In this document: positions 45,165-54,612 of the stretch, piece after piece
Layout: each line of letters begins with the position of its first letter
Numbering within the stretch: the stretch's first letter is position 1
IMG/VR virus record: IMGVR_UViG_3300048919_000123
Coordinates: 1 to 64,000 of that record
Direction: 5' to 3' (one strand)
Source of the DNA: a virus
DNA: 64,000 nucleotides
Position numbers and translations under genes: made by a program
Notes under the pieces: generated by a model
Told to the model about the DNA's origin: nothing
What the model saw: the letters and a program-made list of their open reading frames with translations, nothing else
The model's database searches: none

Positions 45165-46571
45165 ATGAGCGAGCATACGTTTTCAGAGGCCAACGTTCTG
45201 GCCTTGTGGCAGAACCGGGCGATCACCTCCCAGCACGCGATGCCGAATCGGGGAGAGCTGGACGCCTTTCTGGAGAAGCGCGAGCACCCGAAGTTTCCAG
45301 CGGTGCCGGAGCATATGGCGATGCTCGACGTGCAAGGCTATGTCTTTGTGCTCGAGCGGCCGGAGGCTGACGCCATGGAAGTAACCCAGTGGGGCTGGGA
45401 TCATGGGGGCCGTGGGCCGAGCGCTTTCCCGACGCTAGAAGCCGCGGTGAAGAACGCCTACTGGGTTCACATCGGCCTGTACGGCCGCATCCGCGAAGTG
45501 CAGAAGGCCGGCATCAAGGTCGAGCCAGCCTCCCTCGGCGAGGGGGTGCATTACTGGCGCTTTGAGCGTGGCAACCGGGTCAGCGCCCTGTTCCCAACCG
45601 AGGAAGCCGCCTGGCTTGACGCGATCCGCGTGCATGAAAACGCCGTGGAGAGGGTGAAGGCTGACCCGGGCATCCACCGGGTGCGGAGCCGCAGCGCCGA
45701 GGAGTCCCGTGAACTCAGCATCCTCAAACGCCTGACCAACCAGGCGGGCTATGAGTACAGCTGTGACGGAGTATCCAATGAGTGGAGGCGAGGCGGCCAG
45801 ACAGTGAAAGGCTTCAAGAGCCGCGCCGACGCCATCCGCGCTGCAATCAGGAACTGGGCCAGCGTCAACCCGGACGATTTCGCCGTGAAGATGAACAGCC
45901 TGGGCTTGGGTGAAACTGTGCTCCAGAGCCCCGAGGATTCCGAAGCCATCTCGCACATGATCCACAAAAGCAGCGGGCTGACCTTCGCGCAATTGCAGAA
46001 GGCGCAAGGGTTTCCGGCCGACTGGATGACCGAGCCAGACGAGGCTCACCTCTTCGGCATGCAAAAGGCGCTGGAGCATGACGGGTACGGGTTCGACTTC
46101 ACCGCCTCGCGCGGCTGGATCTGGTCGTGTGACGGTGAGCAAGGTCAGGGCAGCGGCGCCAAGGCCACGGCAGTCAAAGATGCGTGGAAACACGCCATAG
46201 CCAATGGGACTGTCGAGAAGGATCTGGCTTCCGTGGCCCTCGGGTATGCCCGTGACTACATCAATCCGGATGTCTACGCCGATTCGGAAAGCGAAACTGC
46301 ACCTGACGTGGTCTACGTCAGCCCGCCCTGCCAGCACCACGCAGGCTTCCCTGACATCGCCGAGCCTGAGCGCTGGCCGAAGCCAGGCACCCGCGTCATG
46401 GTCAGACCGCATAACGCGGTGTGGGGATTCCCCAACGTTGACCCGGTGCTGTGCGACATCCGCGGCTACTGGGGCGACTGGGTCTGGTTTCAGCGCGTCG
46501 GCACCTTCTGCAGCAACGACGCTTTCGTCACCACCCGCATCGACAAGTGCGAAATCGAACTGGCGGAGTAG
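45165..46571 (+). CDS. hypothetical protein with four internal repeats
   Basis: 468 aa; repeated W-x(8-10)-F[PK][TS]xxxAxxxA units. Confidence 0.8.
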   Translation: MSEHTFSEANVLALWQNRAITSQHAMPNRGELDAFLEKREHPKFPAVPEHMAMLDVQGYVFVLERPEADAMEVTQWGWDHGGRGPSAFPTLEAAVKNAYWVHIGLYGRIREVQKAGIKVEPASLGEGVHYWRFERGNRVSALFPTEEAAWLDAIRVHENAVERVKADPGIHRVRSRSAEESRELSILKRLTNQAGYEYSCDGVSNEWRRGGQTVKGFKSRADAIRAAIRNWASVNPDDFAVKMNSLGLGETVLQSPEDSEAISHMIHKSSGLTFAQLQKAQGFPADWMTEPDEAHLFGMQKALEHDGYGFDFTASRGWIWSCDGEQGQGSGAKATAVKDAWKHAIANGTVEKDLASVALGYARDYINPDVYADSESETAPDVVYVSPPCQHHAGFPDIAEPERWPKPGTRVMVRPHNAVWGFPNVDPVLCDIRGYWGDWVWFQRVGTFCSNDAFVTTRIDKCEIELAE

Positions 46572-46573
46572 CC

Positions 46574-46777
46574 ATGGAACATTACCGCGTCGAAAAGAAC
46601 CGCAACCGGCAGGAATCCATGGACGGCGCCAAGCCGCTGGATTCCTGCACCACCAACAGCCTGCGCGAGGCCAAGAAGACCATGAAAGAGTACGCAGACA
46701 ACGGCGCCTATTACGGCGCCGTGTTCATCAACCGTGACGGTGAATGCATCGACGAATGCGGGCTGGGTGCGCCATGA
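46574..46777 (+). CDS. hypothetical protein
   Basis: MEHYRVEK..., GGAG RBS. Confidence 0.7.
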   Translation: MEHYRVEKNRNRQESMDGAKPLDSCTTNSLREAKKTMKEYADNGAYYGAVFINRDGECIDECGLGAP

Positions 46778-47133
46778 ACCAGTATCTCGTAAAGTGGGAA
46801 GTCAACGTCGAAGCCGAAACCGCGGTAGATGCCGCGATTAATGTCGCCGCCGACTACTTCCAGACTCGCATCCAGCGAGGCCAGACTGACACGGCCTGTG
46901 TGTTTCAGGTCGAGAAGGATGGCGAGCCCTCCTGGGAATCGGACGACGGTGAGGTGATCGACCTGTCCAAGATCGCCTCAGCGCTCACGCCGACGCAGCT
47001 GCGCAAAATGTTTGTCACCGAGCACCCTGATTACGAGCAGTACCGCTGGCGCTCGGCGATTGACCGCGAAGAGACACTGCTGGGTTACTGGGAGTGGGTC
47101 ATGCACCAGCTGGAAGAGGACGCACGGGTATGA
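46774..47133 (+). CDS. hypothetical protein
   Basis: MNQYLVKW..., ATGA overlap, C-terminal TLLGYWEWV. Confidence 0.75.
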   Translation: MNQYLVKWEVNVEAETAVDAAINVAADYFQTRIQRGQTDTACVFQVEKDGEPSWESDDGEVIDLSKIASALTPTQLRKMFVTEHPDYEQYRWRSAIDREETLLGYWEWVMHQLEEDARV

Positions 47134-47309
47134 ACATCGCCCACCTCACCCCGGAGCAGTTGGTGGCCATCGTCAACGGCCACCTGAACTGCGATTTCAT
47201 CTACAAGGACTGCCTTGAGATCGTCGAGAACATGAAGGCTCGCGAGGCTCAAGGCATCCTCACCGACAACAACCGCGCGCTGATCGCCAAACTGGAGGCC
47301 CAGCCATGA
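47130..47309 (+). CDS. hypothetical protein
   Basis: MNIAHL..., ATGA overlaps on both sides. Confidence 0.7.
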   Translation: MNIAHLTPEQLVAIVNGHLNCDFIYKDCLEIVENMKAREAQGILTDNNRALIAKLEAQP

Positions 47310-47842
47310 ACACCATCACCCCTGCCCGCTCCCTCCAGTTGGCAGCGGCAGCGTGGCGCCCCGGCACCAAGATGAAGACCATCATCGTCGATGGCTGGGC
47401 GCGCGGCTTTGCCAAGGAGCAAACGTTGCACGAATGTATTCAAGCCGGGTACAGCGCCTGCATCGCTCAGCCAGCCATCGACAAACGCTGGTCGACGATG
47501 GATGCCGAATACGCCAAGCATGCGGAGGAAAGCCGGGCCTGTGGCCTTCGAAACTACCAAGGCTTTTCGCTTCAGGATCTGCCTCAGGACAAACGCAGCC
47601 CGGAAGACAAGGCCGCGGCGATCGAGCGCTACGAAACCTTCTGGAACAAGCGCCCAGACCGTGCCCACCACGAAATCGACTGCCCCAACCCAGCGTGTGA
47701 TTGCCGACTGAAGATCAACCGGCCGGCGCGGGGCAGCGGTGAAATGTGGGACAGCCTGGCGACGTGCCCGTATTGCAACGGCACGTTCTTCTACGAATCG
47801 CGGCCACTTCGCATCGACGTGGCGTTCAAGGGGTTCATCTAG
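47306..47842 (+). CDS. hypothetical protein with C-terminal Zn-ribbon
   Basis: CPNPAC...CPYC. Confidence 0.75.
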   Translation: MNTITPARSLQLAAAAWRPGTKMKTIIVDGWARGFAKEQTLHECIQAGYSACIAQPAIDKRWSTMDAEYAKHAEESRACGLRNYQGFSLQDLPQDKRSPEDKAAAIERYETFWNKRPDRAHHEIDCPNPACDCRLKINRPARGSGEMWDSLATCPYCNGTFFYESRPLRIDVAFKGFI

Positions 47843-47844
47843 CC

Positions 47845-48135
47845 ATGGCCCACTACGCAGTCTACTGGCAGAAGGGCAACGAAGGACGCCCGCTTGCCTC
47901 TCACTGGTACGAGCTGAATGGTGTGATTACCTACGCCAGTCCGGTACTGGAAGACTGGGTGGGCAAATCACACAAGGAGCTGGTCGGCGAGTTGTGGGAA
48001 GGCCGGGCCAGCCCATGGTGGGACGATAACTGCGTCCCGCCGACCATGAAGTACCACCTCCAACTACTGCGGTGCGTGAACGCGCTGCTCATAGGACTTC
48101 CATATGACCCGCCAACCCGACGCCGTCACCCCTGA
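47845..48135 (+). CDS. hypothetical protein
   Basis: MAHYAVYW... ORF filling the gap. Confidence 0.65.
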   Translation: MAHYAVYWQKGNEGRPLASHWYELNGVITYASPVLEDWVGKSHKELVGELWEGRASPWWDDNCVPPTMKYHLQLLRCVNALLIGLPYDPPTRRRHP

Positions 48136-48505
48136 GTACATCGAGGCTCGCCGCCTGGGCGTGCTGGTGCGCACGCCGATCGAGAACATCGCGTTCTTTC
48201 AGGCCGAGCACAAGGCGGTGGTGGCGCACACCAAAACCAACGGCTCGTTCGTCCTCGATGTACCTCTGTGCGAGATCGCCGAGACCTTGAAGGACAAGGC
48301 GACCACGGTGCACCGCGCGTATCTAGTGCCCAACGATGTTTTGCCCGGCCTGAAGAGCTGGCGAAAAGGCGAGCACTGGGTCTTCGAAATCATCACCAGC
48401 GTGCGCCGCGCGGACGGGATGGTCGGCTTGATTGACCACGTCATCCCGGTCGCGCGGCGCAGCACCAACAAGGTCAGGAAGTTGCTGACCAAGGAGAAGT
48501 CATGA
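48104..48505 (+). CDS. stand-alone LytTR-like DNA-binding protein
   Basis: IAFFQAEHK..VAHT...LCEIAETL...VHRAYLV...IPVARR matches the LytTR pattern. Confidence 0.75.
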   Translation: MTRQPDAVTPEYIEARRLGVLVRTPIENIAFFQAEHKAVVAHTKTNGSFVLDVPLCEIAETLKDKATTVHRAYLVPNDVLPGLKSWRKGEHWVFEIITSVRRADGMVGLIDHVIPVARRSTNKVRKLLTKEKS

Positions 48506-48813
48506 TCGAAATGCACCACAAAGACGAGAGCTGGCAGCTCCACTACGGCGCGCCCGGCCGAGGTCAGCAGTACCGCTGCATCATCTGCGGGATCGGTGGT
48601 GCATCGGGCTCTGGCAGCCCGCCACCGCTAACCTACAACTGCCACAACAAGACCTGCAACGGTCAGAACACCATGTGGCCGACCCCGCAGTACAGCCTGT
48701 ATCGCCAGCAGGTGCTGGCGCTGGAGCGCTTCCGCGCCGCCCTGCAGGAGATCGCCGACGGCTGTAATGAGCCGGACACTTACGCAACCTTGATACTGGA
48801 AGGCATCCTGTAG
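48502..48813 (+). CDS. hypothetical Zn-finger protein
   Basis: CIIC...CHNKTC. Confidence 0.7.
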   Translation: MIEMHHKDESWQLHYGAPGRGQQYRCIICGIGGASGSGSPPPLTYNCHNKTCNGQNTMWPTPQYSLYRQQVLALERFRAALQEIADGCNEPDTYATLILEGIL

Positions 48814-48821
48814 GAGAGAAG

Positions 48822-49076
48822 ATGAAGTACATCGTCACCAAAAACGAGGAAGGCACCGAAGAGATCTTCATCTTCCCCAAGCGCTACCACCATGACGACA
48901 TGGCTGACATGGTCAGCAGCCTGAAGTCGTTCAAGAATCACAACCCTCGCGACTGGGAGCGGCACTACAAAGAGCCGATCGCCGCCGGCTTCACCGACGG
49001 CAAGGCCTGCCACGGTCGCAGTGAAACCCTCAACCTCGAATCACGCGGTCGGCTCGACGAGATGCTGATCGAATAG
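48822..49076 (+). CDS. hypothetical protein
   Basis: MKYIV...CHGRSETLNLESR, AGGAG RBS. Confidence 0.8.
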   Translation: MKYIVTKNEEGTEEIFIFPKRYHHDDMADMVSSLKSFKNHNPRDWERHYKEPIAAGFTDGKACHGRSETLNLESRGRLDEMLIE

Positions 49077-49085
49077 GAGCCTGAC

Positions 49086-49628
49086 ATGGCCGAATACACC
49101 CCCTACTTCCTGAAGTCAGGAATGAAACCCGTACCCCACACCCTGCTCGGCATCGAAGGCGTGCTGGTACAGGTCGAAGGCGAGAACGGGCTTTGGAAGG
49201 ATCAGCTCTTTGTCGCCTACCGCGACTTCAAAGGGCAAGGTGGCCGCTTCGAGATTTGCATCTCGTATGACAAAGGCGCGGCGGCGAACACCTCCAACTA
49301 TTTCGCGATCACCCGAGACTTTGACGGTGTGACCGGCCCCCTGGGCGAAGAGCAAGCTCGGGAGTTCTGGCCCGAGATCGCCCACCTGGTGAAGTGGCAC
49401 CTGTGCGAAGACGGGGTGCCTCTCCACTATATCGCCAACACGCTGTACCACGCAGGTGAGGGTAACTTCGCCTTGGCCCGCAGCTCCGCGAATTGGGATG
49501 ACGCCCCAGAGGAACTCCTGAAGGGCGAGGGCTGCTATCTGGAAGTCGCCCTGCGTGAACGCCTGCCAGCCCTCCAAACGCAATTTCGTGAAGAGCTGGC
49601 CGCGACCGGCCTGAAACTCAAACCGTAA
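49086..49628 (+). CDS. hypothetical protein, paralogue of the next gene
   Basis: Shares PExxHLxKWHL...PxHYxANTxYHA with 49641-50447. Confidence 0.8.
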   Translation: MAEYTPYFLKSGMKPVPHTLLGIEGVLVQVEGENGLWKDQLFVAYRDFKGQGGRFEICISYDKGAAANTSNYFAITRDFDGVTGPLGEEQAREFWPEIAHLVKWHLCEDGVPLHYIANTLYHAGEGNFALARSSANWDDAPEELLKGEGCYLEVALRERLPALQTQFREELAATGLKLKP

Positions 49629-49640
49629 CTCGGAGCAATC

Positions 49641-50447
49641 ATGGAAACCAAAGCCACTCTCTGCGGCGTGCCTGGCACGCTGACCGTTGTACCGTGGGGC
49701 AGCCAAAGTCGTGACGGCAAGCCCGGCCTGTTTATGCACCAGAAGTGGGTGAGCGAACTCCGCACCAAGACGGTGAAAGGCCAGAAGATCCTGATGCACG
49801 CCGAAGTTCGCTTCGACGACAACTGCAAGAACGGCCACAACAGCTTCGCGGTCACCGGCTACGGCTGGTATGACAGCTGGAAGTCCCGAGACTCGGACTT
49901 CGGCGGGTGCTGCCACGACGAGATCGAGGCGGTGTTCCCGGAGCTGAAGCACCTGATCAAGTGGCACCTGATGTCCAGCGACAGCCCGATGCACTACGTG
50001 GCCAACACGGTGTATCACGCCAGCGACAAAGATTGCTGGGGCTTGGCAAAAGGTGAGAAACGCCAGCTCGTAAATGGCCGGACGAAGGAACCGGTGTGGA
50101 GCCTGCGAGCCGACGCTACCGACTGCAGCCTGAAGACGGCGTTAGGGGACAACGAAGACATCACCAATCTCCCCCTCTACCGCCTGGAGGACATGCTGGA
50201 TTCTGAGCAAGTGCCATCAGCACTGCCACGCCTGTTCTGGGAGCCTTGCTGGAAGGTTGGTGAGGGCAAAGAGCGCGACTTCGCCGCGGCCCGCTCCACC
50301 GGCATCTGGCCGGACGCCACCGACGAGCAGCTGAGTCTGCCGAAGGACGAGCTGACAGCCCTGCTGCTGGCACGCCTGCCTGGCATGGTGGCGGAGTTCA
50401 AGGCCGCCATCGAATCCACCGGATGCTTCGTCTGGGAGGCGCCATGA
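49641..50447 (+). CDS. hypothetical protein, paralogue of the previous gene
   Basis: Same conserved blocks plus an insertion. Confidence 0.82.
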   Translation: METKATLCGVPGTLTVVPWGSQSRDGKPGLFMHQKWVSELRTKTVKGQKILMHAEVRFDDNCKNGHNSFAVTGYGWYDSWKSRDSDFGGCCHDEIEAVFPELKHLIKWHLMSSDSPMHYVANTVYHASDKDCWGLAKGEKRQLVNGRTKEPVWSLRADATDCSLKTALGDNEDITNLPLYRLEDMLDSEQVPSALPRLFWEPCWKVGEGKERDFAAARSTGIWPDATDEQLSLPKDELTALLLARLPGMVAEFKAAIESTGCFVWEAP

Positions 50448-50854
50448 ACTACTACCTGAACCCCAACACCCAACAGGTCGAAGCGACCGCCTACGAGCAC
50501 AGCGATGTGCTCACCCTGTTCAAGACCCGCGAGGAGGCGGAAGCCTCCGGCATGGCCCCGGCGTATCTGGCCGAACTGCTAAAGGCCTGGGTCGTGCCCA
50601 ACGCGGTGCGCAGCCCGAACCGCAACCAGCTCCTGCGCATCGCCGAGCTGCTCGAGTGTCTGGACGGCATCCACGAAACGGTCAACGTCCCGGAGTGGGA
50701 GGATCACACTCTCGCAGAAGTAGCCGGGTATCTGGACGACCGAGGATTGACGGTGATGCCCTTCATGGTCAAGGAAGGGAACTGCCAAGGTTGCAACGAA
50801 ACCCTGCCGAACCATGACCCGGTATGCGCTCTACGCCCCGGTCAGGAGGACTGA
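50444..50854 (+). CDS. hypothetical protein
   Basis: MNYYLN..., ATGA overlap. Confidence 0.7.
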   Translation: MNYYLNPNTQQVEATAYEHSDVLTLFKTREEAEASGMAPAYLAELLKAWVVPNAVRSPNRNQLLRIAELLECLDGIHETVNVPEWEDHTLAEVAGYLDDRGLTVMPFMVKEGNCQGCNETLPNHDPVCALRPGQED

Positions 50855-50855
50855 C

Positions 50856-51116
50856 ATGCCAGCACCAGAGCAAATCCTGATGCTCGGTCAGCGGTTTGTG
50901 GGAAGCCCGCTGATGACCGAGCCAAAGACTGAAGAGGTGCAGCTGACGTTGAAGCAGCGCCTGTTCAGCTGGCCGTGGCGCCCGCTGCGCAAGACCAAGT
51001 ACGTCACAACCCAGACCCCTTGCCGGAACATCATCTGTTCCAACGGGATCTACTACGCCCACCCCGCCATCATCGAAGAGATCAAGGCGCAGATCGCAAA
51101 AAGGAACGGGACATGA
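50856..51116 (+). CDS. hypothetical protein
   Basis: MPAPEQ..., AGGAGG RBS; RLFSWPWRP motif. Confidence 0.75.
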   Translation: MPAPEQILMLGQRFVGSPLMTEPKTEEVQLTLKQRLFSWPWRPLRKTKYVTTQTPCRNIICSNGIYYAHPAIIEEIKAQIAKRNGT

Positions 51117-51316
51117 AGAAATTCACCGTGACCGTGGTCGCCCGGGCCGACATTTTCACCTACGTGGAGGTCGAGGCCGAGAACAAAGAACAGGCCGAGG
51201 TGTTTGCCCTGGCCAAGGCACCGACCGATCCGCAGGACTGGATGATGGAGTCGGATCATGCCATTGACATGCGGGTCAGCGCGGCGGATGAGGAGGAAGT
51301 CGATGAGCCAGTTTAA
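51113..51316 (+). CDS. hypothetical small acidic protein
   Basis: MKKFTVTV..VEVEAENKEQA. Confidence 0.7.
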   Translation: MKKFTVTVVARADIFTYVEVEAENKEQAEVFALAKAPTDPQDWMMESDHAIDMRVSAADEEEVDEPV

Positions 51317-51668
51317 GCCCGGCGACATCATCCGCTACAACCACGGCTGCACGGCGCTGGCGCAGCTGAGCACGCCGCACGCCGGTGGCTGGCATGCCGA
51401 CCAGTGCATGGGCGGCAAGATCTACATCAGCGACAACGGCCAGCTGCGCCATGCCGATGAAGAAGACCTGCGGATGTGGAACAAGCAGGCGTGGCACCGC
51501 GGCTGCGGTATCCCTCCGATGTGGCGACCGAAGATCCTGAAGCAGGGCGGCTTTTACATCGTTACGTTCAGCAACCACGTTCCACAGCGCTGGCGCCCCG
51601 ACTTCAACGGGTTGCTGGAAAAGGCCCTGAACTACGTCGAGCGGCGTAACGCCGAGGAGGCAGGATGA
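51303..51668 (+). CDS. hypothetical protein
   Basis: MSQFKPGD..., GAGG RBS. Confidence 0.7.
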   Translation: MSQFKPGDIIRYNHGCTALAQLSTPHAGGWHADQCMGGKIYISDNGQLRHADEEDLRMWNKQAWHRGCGIPPMWRPKILKQGGFYIVTFSNHVPQRWRPDFNGLLEKALNYVERRNAEEAG

Positions 51669-52033
51669 ACCCACCAAAACCTCTCCCCTGCACCCTCTAC
51701 CTGGCCAGCGGCAAAGAGGTGAAGGTGCCGTACACCGCCGACTTGCTGGCTTTCAGGCACCTCGACATGCAGATCCGCAACCCGATGCTGTCCGAGTGCG
51801 GCCGCTTCAACGTTGAACCAAAGTATTACGGGTTCGACGAGTTCCACACCGGCGGCGGCTGCATGGCCCTGCGCAAGATGCTGCCGTGCGGTGAGTATCT
51901 GCTGCTCACCGATGCCGACGGCAGCGACATACCGCAGGCCGAAGAGTGGGAGACCGCGCTTTACGGCCGATATTACCGAGACGGAACGCCGGCGATTATC
52001 ATCGAACTGGGTGACGTTCCAATGGCCGAGTAA
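51665..52033 (+). CDS. hypothetical protein
   Basis: 122 aa, HTGGGCMAL motif. Confidence 0.75.
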   Translation: MNPPKPLPCTLYLASGKEVKVPYTADLLAFRHLDMQIRNPMLSECGRFNVEPKYYGFDEFHTGGGCMALRKMLPCGEYLLLTDADGSDIPQAEEWETALYGRYYRDGTPAIIIELGDVPMAE

Positions 52034-52104
52034 GAGGAGTAATCTCGGCAACCAGCGACAAAAGTACAACTCAAAGCACAAACCCAACCAGAAGGAAATG
52101 TCCC

Positions 52105-53016
52105 ATGAAACGAACGTTGCAGCATGCCGTTGTCCAGATGATTCTGTTCAGCACCCTGATCTTTTCAGCCCTCGCCCAAGCGGCGCCACCTGAAACCCTG
52201 AAGTTCTGCTCCGGTGGTGTCGGCGGCTTCTACGAAGGCCTGGCCACCAGCATTGGCGGAAAGATCACCAACGAGATCGGCAACACGCTCAAGGTGATGA
52301 CCACCGGCGGCAGCGTCGACAACGCCAAAAAGCTCAAGGCCGGTGACTGCGACATCGCGATCATCCAGGCCGACGCCGTGATCACCCAACCGATGCCGGC
52401 TTCCTTCAAGGCGATCAACGCCCACGAAGAAGTCGTGTACTGGCTCTACCCAAAGGGCGGCGAGGTGAACGACTTTGGCGACATGGAAAACGACAGCGTG
52501 GCGAAGAAATACGCTTTCGCCACCGTCAAAGGCAGCGGCGCAGCCGTGACCCTGAACAACTGGATCAAAACCGACAAGGACTACGCCGGCGCCGTGCCGG
52601 TCGAGTTCAAGGATTGGTACAGCGCGGCCGAAGCCGTGGCACAGGGGTTCACCATGGACAGCGGCGTTCGTGTCGACATCGCCGGCATGCTGTATATCGG
52701 TCGACTCGGCATGCTGCCGGCTGACATCACGTCCGACTTCGGCAACCAGATCATGGTCGGTGGCGTGGACGACAGCTCGTTCGAGAACGCCAAGGATGCC
52801 AACGGCAATCCGCTGTACACCCACTGCGCCATCGCCAAAGGCAAGACTTCCGGTCTGGAAGGCCCCGGCACGTTCAGCGACGTGAAAACCTACTGCCTCC
52901 GCGCTCAGGTGGTCTTCAACAATGCCTACCTGAACGGGCTGGATGAAGCAGAAACCACCGCGGTTCGCCGCGCCGTGGACAAGGGCATAAACAGCACGGT
53001 CAAGGTCGTGCGCTGA
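52105..53016 (+). CDS. TAXI-family periplasmic solute-binding protein
   Basis: Signal peptide ending AQA; GGxGGFY, TGGSVDN and DIAIIQAD motifs. Confidence 0.8.
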   Translation: MKRTLQHAVVQMILFSTLIFSALAQAAPPETLKFCSGGVGGFYEGLATSIGGKITNEIGNTLKVMTTGGSVDNAKKLKAGDCDIAIIQADAVITQPMPASFKAINAHEEVVYWLYPKGGEVNDFGDMENDSVAKKYAFATVKGSGAAVTLNNWIKTDKDYAGAVPVEFKDWYSAAEAVAQGFTMDSGVRVDIAGMLYIGRLGMLPADITSDFGNQIMVGGVDDSSFENAKDANGNPLYTHCAIAKGKTSGLEGPGTFSDVKTYCLRAQVVFNNAYLNGLDEAETTAVRRAVDKGINSTVKVVR

Positions 53017-53180
53017 TGGACGGCTGGAAGTTTTTCCAGCGTCTGCTGTGCATGCTGGTGGTCTTCTGGCTGCTCACCAAACTGGTGGGCTTGCTGGTCG
53101 GCCTGCTGCTGTTTGTGATCGCGGTGATCCTTGCAGCCGGCGCCACGATCTGGCACTTCCGAAAGAAAATCCGCAGTTGA
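53016..53180 (+). CDS. small membrane protein (54 aa, absent from the ORF track)
   Basis: TGATG overlap; MDGWKFFQRLLCMLVVFWLLTKLVGLLVGLLLFVIAVILAAGATIWHFRKKIRS. Confidence 0.7.
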   Translation: MDGWKFFQRLLCMLVVFWLLTKLVGLLVGLLLFVIAVILAAGATIWHFRKKIRS

Positions 53181-53248
53181 TTCAAGGCAGGGCACTCGCA
53201 AGAGTGCCTTGTCACTTGAGCCATCTGAAACAGCACAACGGAGTCATC

Positions 53249-53923
53249 ATGGGAACCCCACATCGCACTATCGAAACACCGGTGTACAAGTTCGACCAGC
53301 TCAGCGAGGAGGCCAAGGCCAGCGCTCTGGACAAGAACCGGGATTGGAACGTCCACCACGGCTGGTGGGAGCACGTCTACGAGGACGCCATCAAGATGGC
53401 GGACTGCCTCGGCATCGTGATCGACACCCGAAAGGGTGGCGGCAGGGATCCGTCGATCTACTTCAGCGGGTTCAGCAGCCAGGGTGACGGCGCATCGTTC
53501 GAAGGGTCGTACAGCTACCAAAAAGGCTGCGCGAACCTGCTGAAAATGGAGGCGCCGGAGTATTACCGGGACAAGGAACTCGGCGCCTGGGTCAAGGTGG
53601 AAAACAACGCCGAGCTGCACCGCATATGCAAGGCGCTGATCGCGGTGCAGAAGAAGCACTTCTACCAACTGGAGGCGCAGGTAGCGACCTACGGTCATTA
53701 CAGCCACAGCGGCTGCACCCGGATCGAGGTGACCCACGCCGAAGACAAGTACCGCGATATCGGTGATGCCGAGGAAGAAGTGGCGCAGTTGCTGCGGGAT
53801 TTCATGGACTGGATCTACTCCAGCCTCGAAAAGTCCTACAACTCGCTGACCAGCGACGAGTTGGTAGGTGAAAGCCTGGAAGCCAACGAGGTCGAGTTCG
53901 ACGCCGAGGGCAACCGGGTATGA
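53249..53923 (+). CDS. conserved phage hypothetical protein
   Basis: VYKFDQLSEEAK...YFSGFSSQGDGASF...EFDAEG; GGAG RBS. Confidence 0.8.
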   Translation: MGTPHRTIETPVYKFDQLSEEAKASALDKNRDWNVHHGWWEHVYEDAIKMADCLGIVIDTRKGGGRDPSIYFSGFSSQGDGASFEGSYSYQKGCANLLKMEAPEYYRDKELGAWVKVENNAELHRICKALIAVQKKHFYQLEAQVATYGHYSHSGCTRIEVTHAEDKYRDIGDAEEEVAQLLRDFMDWIYSSLEKSYNSLTSDELVGESLEANEVEFDAEGNRV

Positions 53924-54041
53924 CCCACCCATTCGAAGGCTGGGGCATTGCATCGATCGGCGTGGAAGCGGCTATGGCCATTCCCCTACCACAATTCTCA
54001 GGTGGCCGCGTAAAGCGGCCCTTTACACTGGAGTCACCAGC

Positions 54042-54248
54042 ATGGGCCTTAAAAAATCAGCAGAACTGGCAAACGCCGAGCGCGTGGCTGACGAAGCCAT
54101 CGCGGCGCTCGACGTCCTCGAAGACATGGTGCGCAACGCCTTGCTCGATCAGGGCATAGGCGAAGACGCCGAGCCCAACCTCTGGCAGCAACTGGAGCGC
54201 AGCAAGGCTGACGCAGCCCGCCTGCGCTCCGAGCTGGAGGGAGGCTGA
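54042..54248 (+). CDS. hypothetical protein
   Basis: MGLKKSAE..., GGAG RBS, stop overlaps the next ATG. Confidence 0.6.
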   Translation: MGLKKSAELANAERVADEAIAALDVLEDMVRNALLDQGIGEDAEPNLWQQLERSKADAARLRSELEGG

Positions 54249-54505
54249 TGAAGTACAAGCAGCACCGGGTGGTGACCCGGAATCCCGACGGCACATGGGA
54301 TGAGGCCTACCAAGGCACCAAGGGAGCGTGCCACGTATTCATCGAAGCAATGCGAATGGCCGACCGGAAGCGAAAGTCACCGGTGGTCACGCGCCGGAGT
54401 CTGCAGGAATGGCGAGAATTGAACACACCCCGTGGGAGCCAGGCTGCATCGTCCTCAGCGACGAAGACATCCGCGGAAAGAACCCCTATATCGGAAAGTG
54501 CCTGA
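54248..54505 (+). CDS. hypothetical protein
   Basis: GGAGG RBS, TGATG overlap. Confidence 0.6.
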   Translation: MKYKQHRVVTRNPDGTWDEAYQGTKGACHVFIEAMRMADRKRKSPVVTRRSLQEWRELNTPRGSQAASSSATKTSAERTPISESA

Positions 54506-54612
54506 ACCCGATAGCGATCCTCAACATGCTCCCCGCGATCGGCAACGTGTGCTGGCAGCTGGACTCGAGCATCTCCCAGATACAGCAAGACAGCAAACAT
54601 TCGGAGTGAGCC

